Positions 10,159 through 17,998 of a stretch of 64,000 bases of DNA are shown one piece after another. Position 1 is the first letter of the stretch; each line of letters starts with the position of its first letter. The DNA lies in assembly GCA_040386355.1 (NCBI GenBank), contig JAZKFP010000056.1:50960-114959 (forward strand). The letters run 5' to 3'. This stretch comes from Pseudomonadota bacterium. GTDB lineage: Bacteria; Pseudomonadota; Gammaproteobacteria; Pseudomonadales; UBA6940. The notes beneath the pieces were generated by a model. That model saw only the letters and a program-made list of their open reading frames with translations. It did no database searches and was not told where the DNA came from. The translations under genes were made by a program, and so were the position numbers.

Positions 10159-10746
10159 ATGCCAACCGGATATACTGAAAAAATTAGAGATGGAATTAGC
10201 TTTAAAGAATTTGCACTAAATTGCTCAAGGGCGTTTGGCGCGCTTATTCATATGCGTGACGATCCTATGGATAAAGAGATTCCTAAGTCAATAATCGTAA
10301 GCGATTACGATCTTGTCATGTCACAAAAAATCAAGAGAGAGCTTGAAGAGTTATTAAATTTGCCTCGCTCAGAAATTCAGAAAAGAATTGATGCAGAATA
10401 TGATTCCGCAGAAAAAAGACGTATTGAATCACTAAAAAAAGATACAGATCTTAAAAACAAATACGAGATAATGCTTAAACAAGCCATAGAATGGACTCCA
10501 CCTACTCCCGATCATGCTGAGCTTAAAAAATTCATGATCGAGCAGATTCAACAGAGTATTCGATGTGATTGCTCTGTTGAATATTTGGAAATTCAAACTT
10601 CAAAAATGAGCGTTGAAGAATGGCGCGCTGAAAGTATCGAACGATTGAAATCAAGAATTAAACATCACGAAGAAGAATACGCAAAAGAATGTAAGCGCGC
10701 CGAAGAAAAAACCGCATGGATTCAAGCTTTGAAAGGCTCGTTATAA
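10159..10746 (+). CDS. Hypothetical protein (195 aa), coiled-coil rich
   Basis: The track ORF starts at TTG 10153. ATG 10159 sits 8 nt after GAGG. No motif. Confidence 0.7.
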   Translation: MPTGYTEKIRDGISFKEFALNCSRAFGALIHMRDDPMDKEIPKSIIVSDYDLVMSQKIKRELEELLNLPRSEIQKRIDAEYDSAEKRRIESLKKDTDLKNKYEIMLKQAIEWTPPTPDHAELKKFMIEQIQQSIRCDCSVEYLEIQTSKMSVEEWRAESIERLKSRIKHHEEEYAKECKRAEEKTAWIQALKGSL

Positions 10747-10795
10747 GTCGATCCAATCAACACATTACAATAACGTGTCGATAAAATGAGGAAAT

Positions 10796-11104
10796 TTGAA
10801 CATGAACGAGCAAGATTGGACTGACAATCTCATGAATCACGCCGTTCAACAAAAAGATATTGCCGAATTTGATTTAAGAAAGTTTGAAGAAATAGAAATG
10901 CAACTTAACCCTAAGCAAGACAAGACTTTCTACCATGAAGGTTTTGCTGATGGGTTTGAATTGGCAGAATCAAAATTCAGAAAAGGCTATGCTCGTTATG
11001 AGAAACTACGTAAATTAAACGCGGATCAATTTACTAAGTTGTTTCAAGAGCATTTAAAGCTTCAAGGCGCTAAGACATTCGATGAGATGGTGGATGAGTT
11101 ATGA
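10796..11104 (+). CDS. Hypothetical protein (102 aa)
   Basis: Track ORF. GAGG lies upstream. TTG 10796 or ATG 10802 could be the start. Confidence 0.65.
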   Translation: MNMNEQDWTDNLMNHAVQQKDIAEFDLRKFEEIEMQLNPKQDKTFYHEGFADGFELAESKFRKGYARYEKLRKLNADQFTKLFQEHLKLQGAKTFDEMVDEL

Positions 11105-11140
11105 AATTGCTTAAATGAAAACTTAAAAGGGGTATAAATC

Positions 11141-11458
11141 ATGACACTTTACACAACTGAAGAAACTCAAGATAAATTTGTTTTTCAAGCGCATTCTGAA
11201 ATAAAACAATTCATCATTGATGAGTTTAAGAAAAATATCGAGGCAGACATTAAGGTCCGATATTTAGAGAAACTAGAAGCGACAGATGAAGAGATTTTTT
11301 CTGTTGGAGTGTTTGATGGACACGTAATATTCGAAGATAAAAAGAAGTTTTGGAATCAATCTTTTAGAGTTGATTCTGTAAGTGTTGATGAGATTAAAGA
11401 ATATATGAAAGAAAAACTTGTTCCTAAATTGATTAGTCAGTTTACAGAAGCCGCTTAA
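11141..11458 (+). CDS. Hypothetical protein (105 aa)
   Basis: Track ORF with RBS AAAGGGG upstream. Confidence 0.65.
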   Translation: MTLYTTEETQDKFVFQAHSEIKQFIIDEFKKNIEADIKVRYLEKLEATDEEIFSVGVFDGHVIFEDKKKFWNQSFRVDSVSVDEIKEYMKEKLVPKLISQFTEAA

Positions 11459-11561
11459 TATTCAGATCTGTTCAAAAATAATATCTAATGACAATGATCG
11501 TATTCTTCAAGTACGATCATCTCGCCTAACCCTAGGCAAGGACTTCACTAAGGAGCTTCAC

Positions 11562-12161
11562 ATGTTTCGATCAATTTTGGTCGTGCTTTTTCTCGCCTGC
11601 TCTACGCCTTCATTCGCAGGGTATATCAACCACCAGTTCACAATGCAGCGTCAAGATAATAACGAAATTTGGGCATTTTTTGTTGAGGTTAATGAAGATT
11701 GGTATTTACCATCACGTAATTTCACCGCAATGCCAGGTCAAGACGAATATACAAACGCACAAGGGCAAAGGTCTGGTCTAGATCACGATTTTGGCAGTGG
11801 TATAGGCAACGCTTACGGTTTATTTTCTGAAGGAAGAATTGATTACATGTTTTCTGATTGGTCTTTAACTTTCAATGAAGACAATAAGCTGTCAGGTATT
11901 GGAGGCTTTGCCTGGACTAATCAAACAAATCCATTCTACGGCGGACAATTAAACTTTTTTGCATGGGGTCCAAATTTAATAAATTCGTTTAACCCTGAAA
12001 TAACCAGCGATAATAGAATGATATCTGATGTGATTTCACATGGCATTGCAGATAGTGACGGCGATTCTTCCGTAACTGAACCGGCTTCTTTCGGTTTATT
12101 CGGCTTATCGTTAGCGCTCTTATGTGCATTTAATCGGGTTCGTGCGCATAAGACAAATTAA
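11562..12161 (+). CDS. Secreted protein with PEP-CTERM-like C-terminal sorting signal (199 aa)
   Basis: Strong RBS (AAGGAG). Signal peptide MFRSILVVLFLACSTPSFA/G. The C-terminus ..SSVTEPASFGLFGLSLALLCAFNRVRAHKTN shows an xEP motif, a hydrophobic helix and a basic cluster, which is the PEP-CTERM architecture. Confidence 0.6.
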   Translation: MFRSILVVLFLACSTPSFAGYINHQFTMQRQDNNEIWAFFVEVNEDWYLPSRNFTAMPGQDEYTNAQGQRSGLDHDFGSGIGNAYGLFSEGRIDYMFSDWSLTFNEDNKLSGIGGFAWTNQTNPFYGGQLNFFAWGPNLINSFNPEITSDNRMISDVISHGIADSDGDSSVTEPASFGLFGLSLALLCAFNRVRAHKTN

Positions 12162-12173
12162 ATGTGCAGTTGA

Positions 12174-12202
12174 TTGACTTATTAATTATTCGCGAATACT
12201 AT
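12174..12202 (+). promoter_or_regulatory. Sigma70-like promoter upstream of a structured RNA
   Basis: TTGACT (12174-12179), a 17-nt spacer, then TACTAT (12197-12202). Confidence 0.5.
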
Positions 12203-12208
12203 TGAGTC

Positions 12209-12308
12209 GTTCTCGTGGTGAAGATAACAGTTACTTCCGGCTATGAAATGATACTGTTATCGCCCGTTCCCGAAGCATTAAAGAGCTGCGTTTATTCGCG
12301 GCTTTTTT
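12209..12308 (+). ncRNA. About 100-nt structured RNA (candidate Y-RNA-like sRNA or attenuating leader) directly upstream of the TROVE/vWA gene
   Basis: - Perfect 9-bp helix GATAACAGT (12223-12231) / ACTGTTATC (12253-12261) with a 21-nt loop.
- Loop CUUCCGG (12234-12240) can pair with CCCGAAG (12269-12275), 6 of 7 pairs, giving pseudoknot topology.
- Intrinsic terminator GCUGCG-UUUAUU-CGCGGC plus U6 (12285-12308).

The ends are inferred from the promoter and terminator. Confidence 0.5.
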
Positions 12309-12323
12309 ATTATAGGTATTCCT

Positions 12324-13643
12324 ATGCAAATCAATTCAAAAGTTCAGCGCATTTTTACTCATGAAGGCGCAACCGCAAAACATACCCAACCAATTCAAGA
12401 ATTAAAAAGAACCGTACTTTCCTGTTTATTATGGGAATCTGGATTTTATGAATCTGGCGAAAGTATATCTGAAAGAATTAAATCACTTATTTTAAAATGC
12501 GATCCTGTTGATGTTGCAAATTTAGCAATTGAAGCCAGAGAAAAGCATCATCTTCGCCATGTTCCATTATTTATAGTGCGTGAACTATCTCGCACAATCC
12601 AAACAAAAATTAATCTTGCCGATGTTTTATCCAAAATTATCCAAAGACCTGATGAAATTACCGAATTTTTAGCTATGTATTGGCTTGAAGGTAAAAGCCC
12701 AATATCAAAGCAAGTTAAAAAAGGACTTGCGCGAGCGTTTGGAAAATTCAGCGAATATCAACTTGCTAAATACAATCGTGACAACGCAATTAAACTGCGC
12801 GACGTGCTTTTTTTGGTTCATGCAAAGCCAAAAGATGATGAGCAAGCAGAGCTTTGGAAGCGTTTAGCAAATGGAACACTTGAAACGCCCGACACGTGGG
12901 AAGTTGCTTTATCGTCTGGCGCAGATAAAAAAGAAGTATTTGAGCGATTACTCCGTGAGAAAAAACTTGGATATATGGCCCTGCTTCGTAATTTGCGCAA
13001 TATGTCTTTATCTGGTGTAGATCAAGATTTAATTTTTAATGCTTTACGAGATGGCGCTGAAAAATCTAAAGCGCTTCCTTTTCGTTACTTAGCCGCTGCG
13101 CGAGCTGTTCCGCAATGGGAAGAGCAAATCGATGAAGCGATGCAACTTGCCACGAAAAACATAGAAAAATTAAATGGCAAAACTGTACTTTTAATTGATA
13201 TTTCAGGATCAATGAGTGATTCATTATCCAGTAAATCTGATTTACGTCGTATTGATGCGGCCTGCGCATTGGCTGTGCTTGCGCGTGAGTGTTTTAAGGA
13301 TTGCCATGTTGTAACGTTTAGTCACCATGTGATTGGGGTTCCTCCACGAAGAGGAATGGCTCTTGTTGACGCAATTATGAATTCTCAGCAAATGGCTGGA
13401 ACGTATCTTGGTCAATCAGTAGCGGCCATGAATGAACAAGTGCCATATGATCGTTTAATCGTAATCACAGATGAGCAAAGCGCAGATTCTGTTCCTGATC
13501 CATTGAATAATGGTTACATGATTAACGTTGCAACAAATAAAAATGGCGTTGGTTATGGTAAATGGACGCACATTGATGGATTTTCAGAATCAGTTATTCA
13601 GTACATTGCTGAGATTGAATCTGCAAAAGTCGAAGCGCGGTAA
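12324..13643 (+). CDS. TROVE-domain (Ro60/Rsr-like) protein with C-terminal vWA/MIDAS domain (439 aa)
   Basis: The N-terminus FTHEGATAKHTQPIQELKRTVLSCLLWESGFYESGESISERI fits the TROVE N-terminal pattern as I recall it. The C-terminal part has the vWA fold signature VLLIDISGSMSD (DxSxS MIDAS) and ..RLIVITDEQS. Confidence 0.72.
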   Translation: MQINSKVQRIFTHEGATAKHTQPIQELKRTVLSCLLWESGFYESGESISERIKSLILKCDPVDVANLAIEAREKHHLRHVPLFIVRELSRTIQTKINLADVLSKIIQRPDEITEFLAMYWLEGKSPISKQVKKGLARAFGKFSEYQLAKYNRDNAIKLRDVLFLVHAKPKDDEQAELWKRLANGTLETPDTWEVALSSGADKKEVFERLLREKKLGYMALLRNLRNMSLSGVDQDLIFNALRDGAEKSKALPFRYLAAARAVPQWEEQIDEAMQLATKNIEKLNGKTVLLIDISGSMSDSLSSKSDLRRIDAACALAVLARECFKDCHVVTFSHHVIGVPPRRGMALVDAIMNSQQMAGTYLGQSVAAMNEQVPYDRLIVITDEQSADSVPDPLNNGYMINVATNKNGVGYGKWTHIDGFSESVIQYIAEIESAKVEAR

Positions 13644-13657
13644 GTAGTCGCGCTTTT
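13633..13657 (+). terminator. Hairpin terminator between the convergent cargo block and late operon
   Basis: AAGCGCG-GTAAGTAGT-CGCGCTT (7-bp perfect stem) followed by TT. It overlaps both stop codons. The U-tract is better on the plus side. Confidence 0.5.
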
Positions 13658-13835
13658 ATGTTTGTACATAACCTGGAATATTAAACGGCTCGTTCTCATC
13701 GCCATCAAAATATTCAACAATACCTGTATCTGGGCATGAAGAATACCAAACAGCAGGCGGCTTTGGTTGGCTTGCTAAGCAGACGATAGCTTCAAGAATA
13801 TTTTCTTTAGTTAATGTTTCTGGAAATGTATTCAA
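13656..13835 (-). CDS. Small hypothetical protein (59 aa), last gene of the late operon; not in ORF track
   Basis: Hand-translated codon by codon: (TTG)NTFPETLTKENILEAIVCLASQPKPPAVWYSSCPDTGIVEYFDGDENEPFNIPGYVQT*. RBS AAGGGG lies 7 nt upstream of the TTG. Confidence 0.55.
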   Translation of the reverse strand: MNTFPETLTKENILEAIVCLASQPKPPAVWYSSCPDTGIVEYFDGDENEPFNIPGYVQT

Positions 13836-13846
13836 AATTAAACCCC

Positions 13847-14011
13847 TTAAATAACACTGATAAATTTTAGATTTCTTGGAATAACATATCGCGCTTCTCC
13901 ATCATCCATTTGATCTAAAATTCTAGCGCACTCTAAAATCGTCTCAAAAAATTCTTCAGTTTTCAATTTTTTTTCTTCTTCAAGGGCTGCCATTTCTATT
14001 GCGTAAGGCAT
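13847..14011 (-). CDS. Small hypothetical protein (54 aa); not in ORF track
   Basis: ATG ORF MPYAIEMAALEEEKKLKTEEFFETILECARILDQMDDGEARYVIPRNLKFISVI*, co-oriented with the late operon. Confidence 0.5.
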   Translation of the reverse strand: MPYAIEMAALEEEKKLKTEEFFETILECARILDQMDDGEARYVIPRNLKFISVI

Positions 14012-14042
14012 TATACTTATCCTTTTTGTCGGGATTTATTAA

Positions 14043-14261
14043 ATGTCGTTTATTAATGGTCTGCGCATTACTGGCAAATACATTTTAGATTCTATTATCT
14101 CAATGTTTGCTAGTATGTTTTACGCCTTCCTTGGTTTTTTACTGGTTACTTTCACGCTCGGTTGTTTTGCGTGCCTTATTTATTTTGGGGTAACCGGCGG
14201 CCTTTGGTCTGGAATTATTATGGGTGTTGTGATTATGTTTCTATTGTCTGCGCTCGGATAA
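14043..14261 (+). CDS. Possible opposite-strand two-TM membrane protein (72 aa) embedded in the late operon
   Basis: It fills an otherwise unexplained 229-nt gap between minus-strand genes. It has two clear hydrophobic helices. The RBS and promoter are weak, and 21 nt overlap the 3' end of the 678-aa gene. Confidence 0.4.
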   Translation: MSFINGLRITGKYILDSIISMFASMFYAFLGFLLVTFTLGCFACLIYFGVTGGLWSGIIMGVVIMFLLSALG

Positions 14262-16277
14262 AGGCTTACTTACTTCAATAACGGTCGGTTTAATATCCGC
14301 TTCTGTCGAACTATAGGCCGCATCACGCGCAATAATTTTTGCAAATTCTTTCATAGCTCGATCTGTTGTAGCATCCCACGCTTTGCCAGATTTAGAAGTG
14401 GAATGCGTTTTAGCAAGAATCGCCCTGCCAGCTCTTGTAGTAAGTAATTTTGATAAACCAAGAACACTACCAACGCCAGACGCAATAGTTGCAGTTTCTC
14501 CAACACCGCCACCAATTACCGCACCACCACCAAAAATAGTAGCCGCATCCATTTGTCGAATGCCAGTAGGTGGATTTTCTCGAAATTGTCCAGCACGTCG
14601 AATAACAATCATTAAATCGGACAAGCCTTTCAATTCTTGAAATTCTCTTTTCGTAAATATTTTTTCGTTTGCGCCTTCAAGTTTATTTAAATAGCTTGCG
14701 TATTTTTGCGGCGAAAAAGTCTCTTCACCGGCTTCGGTTGCCGTGTCAATTGCTTCACGCAAAAGCTTTGTTTTAAGCGCTTGCTGGCCTCTATCGTCCA
14801 GCTTTGAAACTAAGTCTTGCGCTTTATTTCCGCGATCTCTTAAAGCAGTATCACGCTTAATAAATTGCGCAATAATGTCGTCAGTATTAAAATCTTTTGA
14901 TAATGCTTTTCTAAAGGTTTCTGCTTTAAATGGAACGACATTTTCTTTATAAAATGCGTTTGCTTCTCGTGCAGATTTTGCGATATTCCCGCCTTTTAAT
15001 TCGGCCGCTTGCATAAGCTCATCATCAATTGCGGTTACCATTCTTGATATTGCAGCTTTTGCGTCATCAGAAACGCTACCACTAATTGAAAGCTTCTCGA
15101 CTTGCCTACTTTTTTTAAGCATGGAAGAACGTAAGGCGCGTAATTCAGACCATCTTAATTCATCCGTTCCGCCAGCTTGAGCGCTAGAATTTGCGCGTTT
15201 AAATCGATTCGTTTCGGGTCGAAGATTGTCAGCAGCAGAATATTGGCTTTTAATTTTTTGCAATAATGAAATGACTTGTGTATCACTTCCTAATGGATCT
15301 AATTCATTTAATTTTGTTAATTGTTCATCAGCGACCGCTGCAATATTTGTTTTAAAAGGTGTATCGCCGCTGTCTTTAACAAGTCGATCTAGCGCATCGT
15401 ATTTTTTGCTCGCTTCGTCTTTACGAGTTTTTAAAACACGACCAAGCGAGGATTGAATTTCTTTTCCAAAATCTTCAAATTCATCATTATCAAATTTTGC
15501 TAATTGGCGTTCAGCTGCGGCACGCGCTTTATTTGCTTGGCCTTCTCGAAATTTACCAATCCCAAGAACAGGCACGCGCTCTAATTGTGTTTCAGTGCGT
15601 CCTGCAACGACAGAACCTCTTTGCTCACCGACCGTGACAGGAATATCGTATTCTTTTGAAAGCTTATTCATTTTAGTAGAGCGTTCCATCACTTCGGGTG
15701 ATGAACCTCTCACACCTTTTAATGCTTTACCAGCGGTAGCTAATGCGCCAGTGGTTGCTCCTGAAAAAGCCGCGCCTTTAACGGCATTAGATAGCCTTGA
15801 ATCATCTTCATGTTTAAATTGTGTTGCGCCAATTGCGCCGCCAGCTAATGCAGATGTTCCAATTCTTTTTGCAATACCGCCAACCACTCCGCCAGGAACT
15901 AATAAGGTCGGACCAACTTCTCCAACGAATTTACCCGCAGAACCTGCAAAGGATTGACCGGCTGGCGACTCTTCAAAATCTTGTCTTTGCTGTTTCACGT
16001 CTTTTGTATAATTTTGAACCGTATCTTTATCTGCAATTCCAACCGCTTCACCCGCTTCAAGCCCTGCTTGTTTTATCCCTTGGAATAATTGCCGTCCACC
16101 TTGCCCAACGCCACGAGCAAAGTTTCCAATCGATGAAGGCTCTGAATTTTCGGTTTGTGTTGGCTGCGATTTAGATTTTAATTCAGCGTATAAATCTCTA
16201 GGCTTTGCTGGCGTTTGAGATGAAGAGGCTGGATTTTGTTGATTGCTTTGAAGCTCAGCGTATAAATCTCTCGGCAT
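14241..16277 (-). CDS. Large virion-module protein (678 aa), candidate internal/ejection protein
   Basis: Distal position in the late operon. N-terminal duplicated PRDLYAEL motif. Gly-rich hydrophobic stretches (..GGVVGGIAKRIGTSALAGGAIG.., ..FGGGAVIGGGVGETATIASGVGSVLG..). Coiled-coil middle. Confidence 0.6.
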   Translation of the reverse strand: MPRDLYAELQSNQQNPASSSQTPAKPRDLYAELKSKSQPTQTENSEPSSIGNFARGVGQGGRQLFQGIKQAGLEAGEAVGIADKDTVQNYTKDVKQQRQDFEESPAGQSFAGSAGKFVGEVGPTLLVPGGVVGGIAKRIGTSALAGGAIGATQFKHEDDSRLSNAVKGAAFSGATTGALATAGKALKGVRGSSPEVMERSTKMNKLSKEYDIPVTVGEQRGSVVAGRTETQLERVPVLGIGKFREGQANKARAAAERQLAKFDNDEFEDFGKEIQSSLGRVLKTRKDEASKKYDALDRLVKDSGDTPFKTNIAAVADEQLTKLNELDPLGSDTQVISLLQKIKSQYSAADNLRPETNRFKRANSSAQAGGTDELRWSELRALRSSMLKKSRQVEKLSISGSVSDDAKAAISRMVTAIDDELMQAAELKGGNIAKSAREANAFYKENVVPFKAETFRKALSKDFNTDDIIAQFIKRDTALRDRGNKAQDLVSKLDDRGQQALKTKLLREAIDTATEAGEETFSPQKYASYLNKLEGANEKIFTKREFQELKGLSDLMIVIRRAGQFRENPPTGIRQMDAATIFGGGAVIGGGVGETATIASGVGSVLGLSKLLTTRAGRAILAKTHSTSKSGKAWDATTDRAMKEFAKIIARDAAYSSTEADIKPTVIEVSKPLSERRQ

Positions 16278-17998
16278 TATTGCACCCCAAAATCTTGCAT
16301 CGCTTGCTCGCGAGTTACGCCGTATTTTTCCATCGTGTAATTAATATCTTCTTCTGTAAAATCACCGACAATTGGAGAAGTGTACGTTGTGATTTTATTT
16401 TGGCTGTTTGAATTAGTACTGGAGCCAATATTAATTCCTTCACGCGCAGCGGTTTGATTTGCTGCAAGATTCTCTTCTGCTTTTGCCGTGAATTGTTCAT
16501 AACGCGCTCTAAATTCTTTAGGACCGTTGCTTGGATTAAACATAGAATCTAATAATTGCTTCATTTCTTTTTCGCCAGCCGCAGCACCGGTAATTTCTTT
16601 TTTGTATTGATTAAAGAATTGCATCACAGAGCCTTCGAGCTTGCTACGCTCTGCGTTAAATGTGGCAAGCCCCATCGTATCAAGCCCAGCTTTATCTACT
16701 ACCTGGCCAGCAGCGGATTTCAATCCACCCCATGCCGTTAAATACTCATCTTCATATTCAGAGGCAATCGTGTCTAAATTTCGAATTTCTTTTTGTCCGC
16801 TTAATATGTCGGCTTGAAGTTTATTGGTTGTGGCTGTGGTCGGTGCTTGAGCATCTCCACCCATATTTATTTCTGTTCTATTACCTTTAAACTCTCCCAA
16901 CGCTTTAAAAGATGCTGTGTCATCGTCGTATTCTTTAATTAACGATTCAGGCGTAGCTTTGCCTGATTGGAGTCGTTCAAAATCGGATTGTAATTCTCTA
17001 CTTAATTGAGGGTATTGAGCCGCATATTCCTGCATTAGCTGAGCTGCGCCTTCGACATCGCCTCGTTTTAATGAAGCATTAATGTCTAAGGTCGACATTT
17101 TTTTAGCTTCAACATACGCCTCTTGCTCTTGCATTTGTCCTTTGCTTTCGTATTGCTTAATTTGCGCAAGCGTCTTTCTATCTTCAAGAGTAGAACCGCC
17201 ACCAAACATTGCTCTAGCCATTGCTAATTGAGTTCTAGCGTCTTTTTCATTGACTGATGAAAAAAGCGCTTGCCGAAAATCAACGACTTGATCAAGGTCG
17301 TGTTCATCAACTGGATCGCCAGGATCGCTAGTTCTGTTTCGTGTAATTGCGCTGCGTTTTTTATTTCCTTTTTCGTCTTCCACTTCAACATCAATTGCAA
17401 AACGGTTTGCATCTGCTGGATTATTCGTAATGTTTGCAATAGGCGTTAAATCCTTCATGGTTTTTTTAACGCCTGGCTCGTTATTTAAATGGCCGCCGGT
17501 TAATTCACTCAGAATCGGCATTAAATTTTCAGGAGGCACGCCACCTTCAAGCGCAATATCAATTCCTGCTAACGCTTGTTGCGCTTTTAATTGAAATTGC
17601 TGTAATTCTCTATCTTCATTTTCCCATTGGGATTTACGATTAAATTCGTCTCTTTGCATATTTAATTGCGAGGCTTGCAAGCCATAAGATCGGTCGAACT
17701 GACTTGCTTGTTGTGCACGGCTTAATTGAGATTCGTTTTTTTGAAATTCGAATTGTTTGTCACGGTATTGATCTTCAACTTGATCGCGACCACGAGAATA
17801 TTGAAGCTGGCTGTCGTAGCGTTTATCTTCCATGCCTTGGCGTTCTAACTGATTTTGCCATTGGTTTTCATAGCGTTGATCTGATATAGCATCACGAGAA
17901 CGGCCATATTCCATATTTTCGCGCTGCATTTGAATCTGTTCTTTTTGCTGCGCTAAATTTACGCCTTGCAAAATACCTTGAAGAAAGAAACCGGCCAT
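16277..17998 (-). CDS. Gln/Glu/Arg-rich virion-module protein (573 aa), candidate internal/ejection protein
   Basis: Start/stop coupled to neighbours. Highly Q/E/R-rich repetitive N-terminal half. Function is inferred from position only. Confidence 0.55.
   Translation of the reverse strand: MAGFFLQGILQGVNLAQQKEQIQMQRENMEYGRSRDAISDQRYENQWQNQLERQGMEDKRYDSQLQYSRGRDQVEDQYRDKQFEFQKNESQLSRAQQASQFDRSYGLQASQLNMQRDEFNRKSQWENEDRELQQFQLKAQQALAGIDIALEGGVPPENLMPILSELTGGHLNNEPGVKKTMKDLTPIANITNNPADANRFAIDVEVEDEKGNKKRSAITRNRTSDPGDPVDEHDLDQVVDFRQALFSSVNEKDARTQLAMARAMFGGGSTLEDRKTLAQIKQYESKGQMQEQEAYVEAKKMSTLDINASLKRGDVEGAAQLMQEYAAQYPQLSRELQSDFERLQSGKATPESLIKEYDDDTASFKALGEFKGNRTEINMGGDAQAPTTATTNKLQADILSGQKEIRNLDTIASEYEDEYLTAWGGLKSAAGQVVDKAGLDTMGLATFNAERSKLEGSVMQFFNQYKKEITGAAAGEKEMKQLLDSMFNPSNGPKEFRARYEQFTAKAEENLAANQTAAREGINIGSSTNSNSQNKITTYTSPIVGDFTEEDINYTMEKYGVTREQAMQDFGVQ

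Noticed and set aside
11497-11519. Perfect 7-bp hairpin GATCGTA-N9-TACGATC upstream of the PEP-CTERM-like gene
   Set aside because: No U-tract and no recognisable operator symmetry elsewhere. It could be a processing or regulatory hairpin, but I cannot support a call.
12191-12300. Long-range 8-bp pairing CGCGAATA (12191-12198) with TATTCGCG (12293-12300), which would enclose the whole RNA like a Y-RNA terminal stem
   Set aside because: The left arm overlaps the spacer/-10 of the best promoter, so it would not be in a transcript started there. The right arm is also the 3' half of the terminator. I keep it only as a possible antiterminator pairing in read-through transcripts, not as the main model.
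14383-16174. Several plus-strand track ORFs (14383-14640, 14743-14952, 15226-15456, 15595-15957, 15821-16174) antisense to the 678-aa gene
   Set aside because: They are shadow ORFs on the opposite strand of a long, well-supported gene, with Pro/Ser/Thr/Leu-rich nonsense composition and no RBS. The same reasoning applies to antisense ORFs inside other long genes:
- 21233-21661
- 24527-24910
- 24785-25048
- 25962-26207
- 27473-27736
- 28261-28743
- 30060-30320
- 31528-31785
- 36785-36994
- 38964-39161
- 40052-40810
- 41574-41774
- 42259-42495
- 42761-42952
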